In this document: positions 48,152-57,756 of the stretch, piece by piece
Layout: the number at the start of each line of letters is the position of its first letter
Position numbering within the stretch: the stretch's first letter is position 1
Assembly (NCBI GenBank): GCA_016932255.1
Contig: JAFGDE010000015.1
Coordinates: 99,506-163,505, forward strand
DNA length: 64,000 bases
Reading direction: 5' to 3'
Origin: Candidatus Saganbacteria bacterium
GTDB taxonomy: Bacteria > Margulisbacteria > WOR-1 > O2-12-FULL-45-9
The notes under the pieces: generated by a model
The model's input: the letters and a program-made list of their open reading frames with translations, nothing else
The model's database searches: none
Told to the model about the DNA's origin: nothing
Program-made: the position numbers and the translations under genes

Positions 48152-50326
48152 TTGGCTAAAAAACTTGTAATTGTTGAGTCACCGGCCAAGGCCAGGACCT
48201 TGAAAAAGTTCCTGGGTCAGGGTTTTGAAGTTGCTGCCTGCGGCGGACATGTCCGCGATCTGCCGCCAAAATCCCTTGGCGTAAAAATAGACCAGGATTT
48301 CTCGCCCAGCTACAAGATCATCAAGGGCAAGGAAAAGATCATCAAAGACCTCAAGAAGTCGGCGGCCAAGGCTGAGATCATTTTCCTGGCGCCCGATCCC
48401 GACCGCGAAGGCGAAGCTATTGCCTGGCACCTGATGACGATCCTTGACGGCGACGATAAGGTCAAGCGCATCGAATTCCATGAAATCACCAAGGAAGCCG
48501 TGACCAGCGCGGTCAAACATCCGCGCAAGATCGACATGGCCCGGGTCAATGCCCAGCAAGCTCGCCGCATCCTCGACCGTTTGGTCGGCTACAAGCTCAG
48601 TCCTCTGCTCTGGAAAAAGGTCAGAAAAGGCCTGTCCGCCGGACGGGTGCAGTCAGTAGCCGTGCGCCTGATCTGCGAGCGCGAAGAAAAGATCCAGGCT
48701 TTCAAGGCCGAGGAATATTGGGATATCATCGCCAAGCTCAGTAATGAGGAAAAAGCCGAGTTCACGGCCAGGCTGGCAGCCAAAGGCGATGAACCCCTCG
48801 GTGTCCGGCCCAAAGAAAAAGGCAGGGCCATCGGCTCGGAAGCCGAAGCAAAACAAATACTTAAAGAACTTGAAGGCGCCAGCTTTTCCATCTCTGAGAT
48901 CAAGAAAAAGGAACAGCAGCGCCACGCTCCTCCGCCCTTTATCACCAGCACCCTGCAGCAGGAAGCTGCCCGCAAGCTTGGTTTTTCAGCCAAGAAGACA
49001 ATGATGCTGGCGCAAAAACTCTACGAGGGCGTCGATCTCAAGGGCGAAGGCCGCGTCGGTCTTATCACTTATATGCGAACTGATTCCGTGCGCATTGCCC
49101 ATGAAGCTGAAGACGCGGTCCGCGAACATATCGCCGCTAATTTCGGCAAAGAATACCTGCCGGAAATACCTCAGCGTTATAAAAAGAAGAAACAGGCCCA
49201 GGACGCTCACGAAGCCATCCGGCCGACCTCGGTCAAACGCCAGCCTGACAGCATCAAGGACAGCCTGAAACCTGACGAGTTCAGGCTCTACGACCTGATC
49301 TGGAAGCGTTTTGTTGCCTGCCAGATGAACTCCGCGGTCTTTGACCAGACATCCATCGATATCAACGCGGGCGAATACCGCTTCCGCGCGACCGGTTCCG
49401 TGCTCAAGTTCGACGGTTTCATCAAGGTCTATTTGGAAAGCGAAGATGACGACGAAGAAAAGGAGATGGCCGGCACCTTGCCCCTGCTCAAGGATAACGA
49501 AGTCATCAGCTTGATCGAGCTCAAGCCGGAGCAGCATTTCACCCAGCCGCCGCCGCGATATAATGAGGCGTCCCTGGTCAAGGAACTGGAAAAACGCGGC
49601 ATCGGCCGGCCATCGACCTACGCGCCGATCATGTCGACCATCCAGGACCGCGGCTATGTGGAAAAAGAAGGCAAGGCGCTCAAGCCCACCGAGATCGGCA
49701 CGACGGTCAATGGCTTGCTGGTCAAGCATTTCCCGCGCATCATGGACATCAAGTTCACCGCCCACATGGAGGACGACTTGGACGATATAGTGGCCGAGAA
49801 GATGGAGTGGGTCAAGGCGCTCGAGGAATTCTACGAACCTTTTGCCCAGAACCTGGCCAAAGCCGAGGTCAAGATGGAAAAGGTCAAGAAAGAGATCAAG
49901 ACCAACGAGGTCTGCCCTGACTGCGGCAAGCCCCTGGTCATCAGGCAGGGCCGCTACGGCGATTTCATGGCTTGTTCCGGTTATCCCAAGTGCAAGTTCA
50001 CCAAAGCGCTGCCCGGCGAAGAGCCCGAGGCCCCGGCAGATGAGGTCTGTGACAAGTGCGGCAGCAAGATGGTTCTCAAGCACAGCCGCTACGGCAGTTT
50101 CCTGGCTTGCTCCGCTTATCCCAAGTGCAAGAATATCAAGCCGATCCTGAAACGCATCGGCGCCCAGTGCCCTAAATGCGGCGGCGACCTGGTCGAGCGC
50201 CGCACCCGCCGGCGCAGGCTTTTCTACGGCTGCATCAATTATCCAAGATGCGATTATGCCACCTGGCAGCGGCCGGGCACGGAGAAGCCGAAGAAAAAGG
50301 ACAAGCAGGAGGATAGTGATGCTTAG
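48152..50326 (+). CDS. topA: DNA topoisomerase I
   Basis: LVIVESPAK, DPDREGE, SAGRVQS, ITYMRTDS, three C4 zinc ribbons; TTG start after GGAGG. Confidence 0.98.
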   Translation: MAKKLVIVESPAKARTLKKFLGQGFEVAACGGHVRDLPPKSLGVKIDQDFSPSYKIIKGKEKIIKDLKKSAAKAEIIFLAPDPDREGEAIAWHLMTILDGDDKVKRIEFHEITKEAVTSAVKHPRKIDMARVNAQQARRILDRLVGYKLSPLLWKKVRKGLSAGRVQSVAVRLICEREEKIQAFKAEEYWDIIAKLSNEEKAEFTARLAAKGDEPLGVRPKEKGRAIGSEAEAKQILKELEGASFSISEIKKKEQQRHAPPPFITSTLQQEAARKLGFSAKKTMMLAQKLYEGVDLKGEGRVGLITYMRTDSVRIAHEAEDAVREHIAANFGKEYLPEIPQRYKKKKQAQDAHEAIRPTSVKRQPDSIKDSLKPDEFRLYDLIWKRFVACQMNSAVFDQTSIDINAGEYRFRATGSVLKFDGFIKVYLESEDDDEEKEMAGTLPLLKDNEVISLIELKPEQHFTQPPPRYNEASLVKELEKRGIGRPSTYAPIMSTIQDRGYVEKEGKALKPTEIGTTVNGLLVKHFPRIMDIKFTAHMEDDLDDIVAEKMEWVKALEEFYEPFAQNLAKAEVKMEKVKKEIKTNEVCPDCGKPLVIRQGRYGDFMACSGYPKCKFTKALPGEEPEAPADEVCDKCGSKMVLKHSRYGSFLACSAYPKCKNIKPILKRIGAQCPKCGGDLVERRTRRRRLFYGCINYPRCDYATWQRPGTEKPKKKDKQEDSDA

Positions 50327-50420
50327 AGAGTTCTTTACCCGCAACATCGGCCTCAAGGCCCTGGCCCTGGTCCTGGCCATCGTCCTCTGGGCCATTGCCC
50401 GCTATTGGGTCATTCGCTAA
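50319..50420 (+). CDS. 33-aa single-TM peptide resembling the CdaR/YbbR N-terminal anchor
   Basis: MLREFFTRNIGLKALALVLAIVLWAIARYWVIR, preceded by GGAGG and overlapping the topA stop. Confidence 0.6.
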   Translation: MLREFFTRNIGLKALALVLAIVLWAIARYWVIR

Positions 50421-50439
50421 GCCGGGAACAAGGCGGTTT

Positions 50440-51291
50440 ATGATGAAGATCATCAAATATCCCCGGCAGATGCACGCCTTTGCCGAACAGCAAAAGGCCG
50501 CCAACAGGACCATCGGCTTTGTGCCGACCATGGGCTACCTTCATGAAGGGCATCTTTCCCTGATCGAGTCAGCTTCGGCTCAAAGCGATGTGGTCATTGT
50601 CAGTATTTTCGTCAACCCGCTCCAGTTCGGGCCTAAAGAGGACCTGAAGCGCTATCCCCGAGATCTGGGCCGCGATAAAAAACTGCTGCGCAATTTTGAT
50701 ATCGCTGCGCTCTTTGTCCCAACGGTCGGCCAAATGTACCCGGAAAAGCCACTGACCTTTGTTGAGGTGCCGGATCTGGGGCAAAAGCTCTGCGGCAGAA
50801 CGCGGCCGGGCCACTTCAGGGGCGTGGCCACTGTGGTCAATAAATTTTTTAACATCGTGGCGCCTGACCTGGCCTTTTTCGGCGAAAAAGATTTCCAGCA
50901 GCTGACCATCATCAAGCGGATGGTCGCCGACCTTAATCTGCCGGTCAGGATCGTCGGCTGCCCGACCGTGCGCGAGCCTGACGGAGTGGCCATGAGCTCG
51001 CGCAACGCTTATCTTTTAAAAGAGGAAAGGGCCCAGGCGGTCGCTCTTTATCAAACGCTTCGCCTGGCTGCCGCAGAGATCAGGCACGGGATAAAGCAGG
51101 TGGCCGCGTTGAAACAACGCTTGCGCCGTTTTCTTCGGGGTTTTCCCAAAGTACGGCTTGATTACCTGGAGGTCGTCGACCCGGTGAGCCTTGAGCCGAA
51201 AAGCTCGCTTAAGGGGGAGAGCCTGATCGCTGTTGCGGCCTATCTTGGCCAGACCCGTCTGATCGATAATTGCCTGGTCGGCCGCAGATGA
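50440..51291 (+). CDS. panC: Pantoate-beta-alanine ligase
   Basis: FVPTMGYLHEGH, RPGHFRGV, FGEKDFQQ, AMSSRN, RLIDN. Confidence 0.96.
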   Translation: MMKIIKYPRQMHAFAEQQKAANRTIGFVPTMGYLHEGHLSLIESASAQSDVVIVSIFVNPLQFGPKEDLKRYPRDLGRDKKLLRNFDIAALFVPTVGQMYPEKPLTFVEVPDLGQKLCGRTRPGHFRGVATVVNKFFNIVAPDLAFFGEKDFQQLTIIKRMVADLNLPVRIVGCPTVREPDGVAMSSRNAYLLKEERAQAVALYQTLRLAAAEIRHGIKQVAALKQRLRRFLRGFPKVRLDYLEVVDPVSLEPKSSLKGESLIAVAAYLGQTRLIDNCLVGRR

Positions 51292-51659
51292 AACAGCCGG
51301 GTTTTACCCTGATAGAATTGGTCGTTGTGCTCAGCCTGGTCGGCCTGCTCTCGATCGTCAGCCTGCGGCCGCTGCACGGCTGGTTGTCCCAGGTCAATCT
51401 GACCGCGGCAGCCCATCTCATCGCGGCCGAGCTGCAAGCCCTGCGCTCCGAAGCTGCCGCCGGGCATGAAACCAAGGTCTTTGAGCCGGCCGCTCTCGCT
51501 CTGCCCAAAGGCATCAGACTAAGCGGCAGCCAGCAATTGTCTTTTTCAGCCACAGGCTTCCCTCCGCCCGGCGGTTCAGGTACACTAATAGCAGAGAACT
51601 CATATGGCAAGCAGAAAAAAGTCATCCTGTCCTCAAGCGGCAGGGTCCGCATCGAATAA
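51288..51659 (+). CDS. Type IV pilin/pseudopilin (FimT/GspH-like)
   Basis: G|FTLIEL prepilin cleavage motif; C-terminal GRVR. Confidence 0.85.
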   Translation: MKQPGFTLIELVVVLSLVGLLSIVSLRPLHGWLSQVNLTAAAHLIAAELQALRSEAAAGHETKVFEPAALALPKGIRLSGSQQLSFSATGFPPPGGSGTLIAENSYGKQKKVILSSSGRVRIE

Positions 51660-51996
51660 GGCCGGTTTTACTATTATCGAATTACTGGTCGCTGCCGGCT
51701 TGTTCATTGTCTGCCTCGGCACCTTCAGTTATCTGCTGCGCAGCAGCGCCGCATCAATAGCCGATTCACGCCAGCTGGCCAGAGCGGTCTATGAACTTCA
51801 GGCCGAATCTGAAGAATTGCAGGAAGTCCCCTTTGCCAGTCTTTGTTTTCTTAACGGCCGCCGCTTTGCCGGTGGAGCCGGCAAGATCAGCGTAACCCAG
51901 GCGCTGGCCGATCTGGTCGAGGTCAGGCTGGAGCTTGTCTGGCATGAGAACAAGGTGCCGCTCAGGCTTTACACCTTGAGGAGCAATTACAAATGA
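51604..51996 (+). CDS. Minor pilin (PilV/GspI-like)
   Basis: KAG|FTIIELLV motif. Confidence 0.8.
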   Translation: MASRKKSSCPQAAGSASNKAGFTIIELLVAAGLFIVCLGTFSYLLRSSAASIADSRQLARAVYELQAESEELQEVPFASLCFLNGRRFAGGAGKISVTQALADLVEVRLELVWHENKVPLRLYTLRSNYK

Positions 51997-52415
51997 GACC
52001 GAGGCTTCGGGGCTTTACCTTGATAGAGATGATCATTGCCTTCACTCTCTTGGCGATGGTCATGGGCGGCATTTTTCACGCGGCAAGCGTTGAGCTGGCG
52101 TTCTGGCAACGTGTTGCTCTGGCCAGCACCAGGCAACAGGCTGTTGACCACTGCCTGGGCAGCATCGTCCGCGACATCCACTCTGCCGGCGAGATAATCT
52201 TCTCCGCTACGGGCGACGAGCTTATCCTGCTCGCCGGTCCTGATCGTATCGAGTATTCCCTTAACAGCGGCAAGCTCTGCCGCAAGAAGAACGGCCGGGC
52301 CGCTTATCTGACGGATGTCGGTCAGGTCGGTCAGTTCAGTGTTTCCTATCCAAGCACGCGCCGGATAGAGTTCATGCTGGATGAATATATCGGCCAGGCG
52401 GCGCTGAGGAACTGA
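51993..52415 (+). CDS. Minor pilin (PilW/GspJ-like)
   Basis: RG|FTLIEMII motif. Confidence 0.82.
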   Translation: MRPRLRGFTLIEMIIAFTLLAMVMGGIFHAASVELAFWQRVALASTRQQAVDHCLGSIVRDIHSAGEIIFSATGDELILLAGPDRIEYSLNSGKLCRKKNGRAAYLTDVGQVGQFSVSYPSTRRIEFMLDEYIGQAALRN

Positions 52416-52416
52416 T

Positions 52417-52830
52417 ATGAAAAAAGGCTTTGCCCTCATGACCAGTATAATGATAATTTCCGCCTCATTGGTCTTGTGTGCATTATTGGTCAAAGTGGTC
52501 TATAATTGTCATGTTAGCGTTAATGCGGCGCTGGACCGGCAACTGGCCTTCAGTCTGGCGGAGGCCGGTCTGGAAAAGGGCAAGGTCGAACTGAGCCATA
52601 ACCCGGCCTGGTACACTGACCAGCCGTATTTCCGTCCGGACAACGCTGAATGGCTGATCAAGTACGCCATCGGTCAGGAGAACTCCCTGGGCGACGGCCA
52701 TTTCAAGGTGATCAGGGAAAAAGGGCGTGATGCGCTTTATTCGGTCGGCTGTCAGGGCCGGGGGGCCGTGGTCCTGAAGCTTGTTTTCAGCAATTCGCCA
52801 TTCGAGACCCTTGCCTGGCAGGAATTATAG
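52417..52830 (+). CDS. Minor pilin (PilX/GspK-like, lacks Glu5)
   Basis: KKG|FALM..., A.SLAEAGLE motif. Confidence 0.75.
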   Translation: MKKGFALMTSIMIISASLVLCALLVKVVYNCHVSVNAALDRQLAFSLAEAGLEKGKVELSHNPAWYTDQPYFRPDNAEWLIKYAIGQENSLGDGHFKVIREKGRDALYSVGCQGRGAVVLKLVFSNSPFETLAWQEL

Positions 52831-52846
52831 ACACCGGAGGTAAAAA

Positions 52847-53209
52847 ATGACGAACTATCTGTTTTTATCGACTTCGATCATACTGGCGACCATGGGGCAG
52901 CTCTTGATGAAAAGGGGTATGATGAGCTTTGGCGCATTTCCTGTCAGCCAGCTGTTGAGCAAGATCATTCCCATGTTCTTGAATCCTTACGTCTTTGTCG
53001 GCCTGGCCTGCTTCGGCGCCAGCGCTGTCACCTGGCTGGTCGTCCTCTCGCGCATGGAGCTCAGCCTGGTCTATCCCATGGTCAGCGTGGCTTACGTCAT
53101 CGTAGCCCTGGTCTCCTGGATCTTTTTCAAAGAAAACTTGACCCTGGTGCGCTGGCTGGGGATACTGGTGATCATGGTCGGGGTTTTCCTGATCTCGCGG
53201 ACGTCCTAA
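52847..53209 (+). CDS. EamA/SMR-type small transporter (ArnE/F-like)
   Basis: 4 TM; GQLLMK, LSRMELSLVYP, FFKE. Confidence 0.85.
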   Translation: MTNYLFLSTSIILATMGQLLMKRGMMSFGAFPVSQLLSKIIPMFLNPYVFVGLACFGASAVTWLVVLSRMELSLVYPMVSVAYVIVALVSWIFFKENLTLVRWLGILVIMVGVFLISRTS

Positions 53210-53215
53210 GCCGCC

Positions 53216-53704
53216 TCAATCCTTCTTGTAATATTTGGTGAAGTCCTCGGGCTTCATGTTCTGGATAAAATCCTTGAATTTTTTGGTCTCATCCGCGTCT
53301 TTTTCCGCGTTGACCAGCTTGGCTTGCATCATCACGACCTCAGAAACAAAGATCGGCAGATGAGCCCGCACTGCCAGGGCAATGGCGTCTGAGGGACGGG
53401 CGTCGATCTTCATGATCTTTTTATCCTTTTCGCATTCGATCACCGCGTAAAAGGTGCCTTCCTTGACCTCATTGACGATCACGCGCTGCAGGGTTCCGCC
53501 CAGCTTTTCAATAAAATCAAGCAGCAGGTCGTGTGTCATCGGCCGGGGCGGTTTGACGTTCTGGAGCTCCATGGCAATGGCGGCAGCCTCAAAAATGCCT
53601 ATCCAGATCGGCAGGAAGTTCAGTTCCTCTTCATCGCGCAACAGGACTAAGGGTGATAGGTTACGGGGATCAAAGCCCAGACCCCCGACCTGCATCTGGA
53701 TCAT
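53216..53704 (-). CDS. Bifunctional nuclease family (DUF151) protein
   Basis: LPIWIG..EA, RPMTHDL, DARPSDAIALA. Confidence 0.93.
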   Translation of the reverse strand: MIQMQVGGLGFDPRNLSPLVLLRDEEELNFLPIWIGIFEAAAIAMELQNVKPPRPMTHDLLLDFIEKLGGTLQRVIVNEVKEGTFYAVIECEKDKKIMKIDARPSDAIALAVRAHLPIFVSEVVMMQAKLVNAEKDADETKKFKDFIQNMKPEDFTKYYKKD

Positions 53705-54051
53705 GCGGTTTTAACGACCTCCAGCAGTTGCTTAAAATCAGCAGGATGGTTGGCCGCCAGATCCGCCAGAGAGCGGCGGTCCAGTTCGATCTTTTTCTTT
53801 TTAAGCCCGGCCATGAACCGGCTGTAACTTAAGCCAGCCTGGCGCACAGCCGCGTTGATCCTGACGATCCAGAGCCGGCGCATGGCCGATTTCTTCTGGC
53901 GCCGGCCGCGGGTGGCATGTCTCTTAGCCTTAACGATCGCCTGCTTGCGCCGGCGCAGCTGAGTGCGCAGCCCGCCGCGGAATCCCTTGGCCCTCTTTAA
54001 CTGTTTACGCTTCTTCTTCCTGGCAACATTGCCTCGTTTTACCCTGACCAT
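53701..54051 (-). CDS. rplT: 50S ribosomal protein L20
   Basis: MVRVKRG, RRLWIVRINAA, YSRFM. Confidence 0.96.
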   Translation of the reverse strand: MVRVKRGNVARKKKRKQLKRAKGFRGGLRTQLRRRKQAIVKAKRHATRGRRQKKSAMRRLWIVRINAAVRQAGLSYSRFMAGLKKKKIELDRRSLADLAANHPADFKQLLEVVKTA

Positions 54052-54057
54052 GGATTT

Positions 54058-54255
54058 CTAGCCTCCTGGCAGCATGTCCCTGACGCGGGCAATGTCGCTC
54101 TTGGCGACCTGGCCGACCTGGCGCAGGGAGCGCTTTTTCTTTTTTGATTTTGACTCAAGGATATGTCTGGTCTTGGCGTGGCGGCGCATGACCTTGCCTT
54201 TCTTGGTCAACCTGAACCTCTTGGCCGCCGCGCGTCTTGTCTTGACTTTTGGCAT
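54058..54255 (-). CDS. rpmI: 50S ribosomal protein L35
   Basis: [14 protein letters not shown]. Confidence 0.96.
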   Translation of the reverse strand: MPKVKTRRAAAKRFRLTKKGKVMRRHAKTRHILESKSKKKKRSLRQVGQVAKSDIARVRDMLPGG

Positions 54256-54264
54256 TACTGTCTC

Positions 54265-54768
54265 CTATTTCGGTGAAACGATCACCACAAAATTCTTGCC
54301 GAATCTCTTTGGCTTGGCCTCGGCTTTGCCCAGGTCGCCGAGCGCCTCGATCATACGTTCCATGACCTTCATGCCCAGATCGACATGGGCCATTTCACGG
54401 CCGCGGAAGAACATCGATAACTTGACCTGGTTCTTTTCTTCCAGGAATTCCCGCGCTTTTCTCAGCCTGACCTCAAAATCATGCTGGGCGATCTTGGGAG
54501 AAAGCTTTACCTCTTTCAGCCCGCCGCCGCGCTGCGATTTTCGCGCTTCCTTTTCCTTTTTACTCTGCTCGTACTTGAGTTTGCCGTGGTCAGCAATGCG
54601 GCAGACAGGCGGTTGAGCCCCTGGCGAGACCAGAACAAGGTCAAGTCCCCGTTCGCGAGCCAGCTTCAAAGCATCCTGGGTCGGTAAAACCCCTAACTGC
54701 TTGCCCTCCTCATCCACTACCCTGACTTCCCGGCCGCGGATACGTTCGTTAATTATGAAATTCTTAAT
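54265..54768 (-). CDS. infC: Translation initiation factor IF-3 (AUU start)
   Basis: In-frame ATT at 54768 after SD GGGGGT gives IKNFIINERIRGREVRVVDEEG, then LDLVLV..PPVCRI. Confidence 0.93.
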   Translation of the reverse strand: MKNFIINERIRGREVRVVDEEGKQLGVLPTQDALKLARERGLDLVLVSPGAQPPVCRIADHGKLKYEQSKKEKEARKSQRGGGLKEVKLSPKIAQHDFEVRLRKAREFLEEKNQVKLSMFFRGREMAHVDLGMKVMERMIEALGDLGKAEAKPKRFGKNFVVIVSPK

Positions 54769-54804
54769 ACGTGCTCTACCCCCAAAGGTTAATTATACTA
54801 CAAA

Positions 54805-56526
54805 TCAGGCCTTACTGTCTATATCACGACGTAATTTAGCGAGGAGTTCAGCGGTCTTTTCAGCGCCCAGGTCGCCTTCGCTCCGGTGCCTGACCGCGAC
54901 CTGGCCGGCGTCTGCCTCATTATCGCCCACGATCAGCATATAAGGGATCTTTTCCAGCTGGGCATCCCGGATCTTGGCGCCGATCTTTTCCTTGCGCTGG
55001 TCAACTTCGACCCGGATCCCGGCCTGGCGCAGCTCAGCCGCTACCTTTTCAGCATAGTTATTATGACGGTCGGATATCGGCAGGACCTTGGCCTGGACCG
55101 GCGCCAGCCAGAGCGGGAATGCTCCGGCATAATGCTCGATCAATGCCCCTAAAAATCGCTCTAAACTGCCCAGAACCGCACGATGGACCATGACCGGCGT
55201 CTGTTTTGTGCCGTCAGCAGCTGTGTAGTTCAAGGCAAAGCGCTGTGGCAGGTTGAAATCGACCTGCACGGTCGGCCCCTGCCAGGTGCGGCCCAGCGCG
55301 TCCTTGAGCTTGATATCGATCTTTGGCCCGTAGAACACCCCGGCGCCAGGATCGATCTCAAACGGCATTTTCTTGTGTTTGAGGGCTTTTTTTAGTATTT
55401 CTGTAGCTTTATCCCAGTTCTCTTCTGTGCCGGCGAATTTTTCCGGCCGAGTCGACAGGTTGACTTCATATTCGAACTTAAAGGTCTTCATGACAAAGTC
55501 AATGAATTCCAGCACAGAAACGATCTCTTCTTCCAGCTGGTCCAGGCGGCAGAAGATATGAGCATCATCCTGGGTAAAGCCACGCACGCGCAGCAGGCCA
55601 TGAAGCACGCCGGACTTTTCGTAACGGTAGACCGTGCCGAACTCGAACATGCGCACCGGCAGGTCGCGATAGCTCATCAATTTGCGCTTGTAGATCAGGA
55701 TATGGCCCGGACAGTTCATCGGCTTGACCACATAGTCCTGCTCATCGATCTGCATGAAGTACATGTTTTCACGGTAATAATTGGTATGGCCCGAGGTGTT
55801 CCACAGGTCGATCTTGGCAATGTGCGGGATAGCGACCATCTCGTAGCCGCGCTTGAGGTTCTCCTGGCGCATAAAATCCTCGATCAGGTAGCGCACCATC
55901 GCGCCTTTTGGGTGATAATAAACAAAGCCCGCGCCGGCCTCTTCATGCATGGAGAACAGGTCAAGCTCTTTGCCCAACTTGCGGTGATCGCGTTTTTTAG
56001 CTTCTTCCAGGCTGGTGAGATAATTATCAAGGTCCTCTTTGCTGGCCCAGGCCGTGCCGTAGATGCGCTGCATCATGGGATTGGTCTCAATGCCGTGCCA
56101 ATAGGCGCCGGCAATGGACAAGAGCTTAAAAGCCTTGATCTCCTTGGTGTAGCGCACGTGCGGTCCGCGGCAGAGGTCGATAAAATCGCCGTGCTTGTAA
56201 AAAGTGACCATTTTGTCAGGGATCTCGTGCAGTATCTCGATCTTGTACTTTTCCTCGCGCTCTTCCAGGAACTGGGCCGCCTCTTCCTTGGTCATCTCGA
56301 TCTTTTCGAACTTGGCGTTGGACTTGATGATCTCTTTCATTTTTTTCTCGATCTTGGGCAGGTCTTCAGAAGTGATTTGCTCGGGCATGTCAAAGTCATA
56401 GTAGAACCCGTTCTCGATCGACGGGCCGATGCCGAGCTTAACTCCCGGGAATAGCTCGACAACTGCCTGAGCCATAATGTGGGAGGCGGAATGTCTTAAT
56501 GTTTCGAGGTCAGCCTTTTTCGTCAT
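54805..56526 (-). CDS. thrS: Threonine--tRNA ligase (no N-terminal TGS domain)
   Basis: RHSASH, DLCRGPH, KPMNCPGH, FYGPKID, HRAVLGSLERF. Confidence 0.98.
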   Translation of the reverse strand: MTKKADLETLRHSASHIMAQAVVELFPGVKLGIGPSIENGFYYDFDMPEQITSEDLPKIEKKMKEIIKSNAKFEKIEMTKEEAAQFLEEREEKYKIEILHEIPDKMVTFYKHGDFIDLCRGPHVRYTKEIKAFKLLSIAGAYWHGIETNPMMQRIYGTAWASKEDLDNYLTSLEEAKKRDHRKLGKELDLFSMHEEAGAGFVYYHPKGAMVRYLIEDFMRQENLKRGYEMVAIPHIAKIDLWNTSGHTNYYRENMYFMQIDEQDYVVKPMNCPGHILIYKRKLMSYRDLPVRMFEFGTVYRYEKSGVLHGLLRVRGFTQDDAHIFCRLDQLEEEIVSVLEFIDFVMKTFKFEYEVNLSTRPEKFAGTEENWDKATEILKKALKHKKMPFEIDPGAGVFYGPKIDIKLKDALGRTWQGPTVQVDFNLPQRFALNYTAADGTKQTPVMVHRAVLGSLERFLGALIEHYAGAFPLWLAPVQAKVLPISDRHNNYAEKVAAELRQAGIRVEVDQRKEKIGAKIRDAQLEKIPYMLIVGDNEADAGQVAVRHRSEGDLGAEKTAELLAKLRRDIDSKA

Positions 56527-56554
56527 GAAATCAGTATATCATAGAGGTTAAAGC

Positions 56555-57703
56555 TTAGCCAGAGGCCGCGGCTTGCTCCCTCGCCCATTTATCAGCAGCC
56601 AAAATGTCTTCTAGGGTAGGATTTTCCTTGTTCTCATGGCGCTCCATGACCATTTTGATCCGCTGCGGCAGCTGGGCGAAATTGAGCTTGCCTTTGAAGA
56701 ACAGCTTGATCACTTCCTCATTAGCCGCGTTGAGCACCGCTGGCAGCGTGCCCTTTTTCTTGCCCGCTTCATAAGCATAATCCAGACAGGGAAATTTTTG
56801 TTTATCTGGCTGTAGGAATTCAAGCTTGGACAATTTTGCCAAACTCAGAGTGTTCCAGTGGTTCTTGGCCCGGGTCTGTTCCAGCAACGCATATTGGATC
56901 GGGATGCGCATGTCCGGCGCGCCCAGCTGGGCCTTGACCGAGCCGTCAATGAATTCAACAAAGGAATGAATGATGCTTTGCGGGTGAATGATAACCTCGA
57001 TCTGGGAGTAATCTAGGCCAAAGAGATAATGGGCTTCCATCACTTCAAAGCCTTTGTTCATCAGCGTGGCCGAGTCAATGGTGATCTTGGGCCCCATTTT
57101 CCAGGTCGGGTGTTTCAAGGCTTCCTTGGCGGTAAGCGTGGCGAATTTTTCCACGGGGGTTTTGATGAACGGACCGCCGGACGCGGTCAGCACGATCTTC
57201 TTGACCGTTTTCATATCCTCACCAGCCAGGCACTGGGCAATAGCGCTGTGCTCGGAGTCGATCGGGAAAACCTTTACGCCTGCGGTCTTGACCTCTTTCA
57301 TAAAGACCTCGCCTGCCGCGACCAGGACTTCTTTGGTCGCCAGGGCAATGTCCTTTTTAAGCTTAACCGCTTCGAGCACCGCGGTCAGGGCCAGCGCGCC
57401 GGGGATGGCAACAACAACTGTTTTGGCTGTCGGCTCGGTCGCGACTTTCATTAATCCTTCAGGACCAGACAGAACTTCGGCCTTAACGCCAGCCAGCTTG
57501 GCTTCAACCTGTTGTTTAACAGTGTCATTCTCGACTGAAACGATCTTGGGCTGGAATTTCTTGACCTGTTCAACGATCAGGTCAACTTCGTCCTTGGCCG
57601 CGATGGCCGTGACCGTTAAACTGCTGGGGAAGATCGAAACGACCTCTAAGGACTGCTTGCCGATGGAGCCGGTCGAGCCGAGGACAGCAATGCCTTTCTT
57701 CAT
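56555..57703 (-). CDS. dxr: 1-deoxy-D-xylulose 5-phosphate reductoisomerase
   Basis: LGSTGSIG, PIDSEH, TASGGPF, WKMGPKITIDSATLMNKG. Confidence 0.97.
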   Translation of the reverse strand: MKKGIAVLGSTGSIGKQSLEVVSIFPSSLTVTAIAAKDEVDLIVEQVKKFQPKIVSVENDTVKQQVEAKLAGVKAEVLSGPEGLMKVATEPTAKTVVVAIPGALALTAVLEAVKLKKDIALATKEVLVAAGEVFMKEVKTAGVKVFPIDSEHSAIAQCLAGEDMKTVKKIVLTASGGPFIKTPVEKFATLTAKEALKHPTWKMGPKITIDSATLMNKGFEVMEAHYLFGLDYSQIEVIIHPQSIIHSFVEFIDGSVKAQLGAPDMRIPIQYALLEQTRAKNHWNTLSLAKLSKLEFLQPDKQKFPCLDYAYEAGKKKGTLPAVLNAANEEVIKLFFKGKLNFAQLPQRIKMVMERHENKENPTLEDILAADKWAREQAAASG

Positions 57704-57756
57704 GGTGTGCCTATTATACAATAGATGTTATAATACTGCCAACGAGGTGATGCTTC

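Noticed and set aside
48986-50395. Long antisense ORFs over topA (similarly over thrS, tuf and smc)
   Set aside because: These are codon-bias shadows of well-supported genes on the opposite strand.
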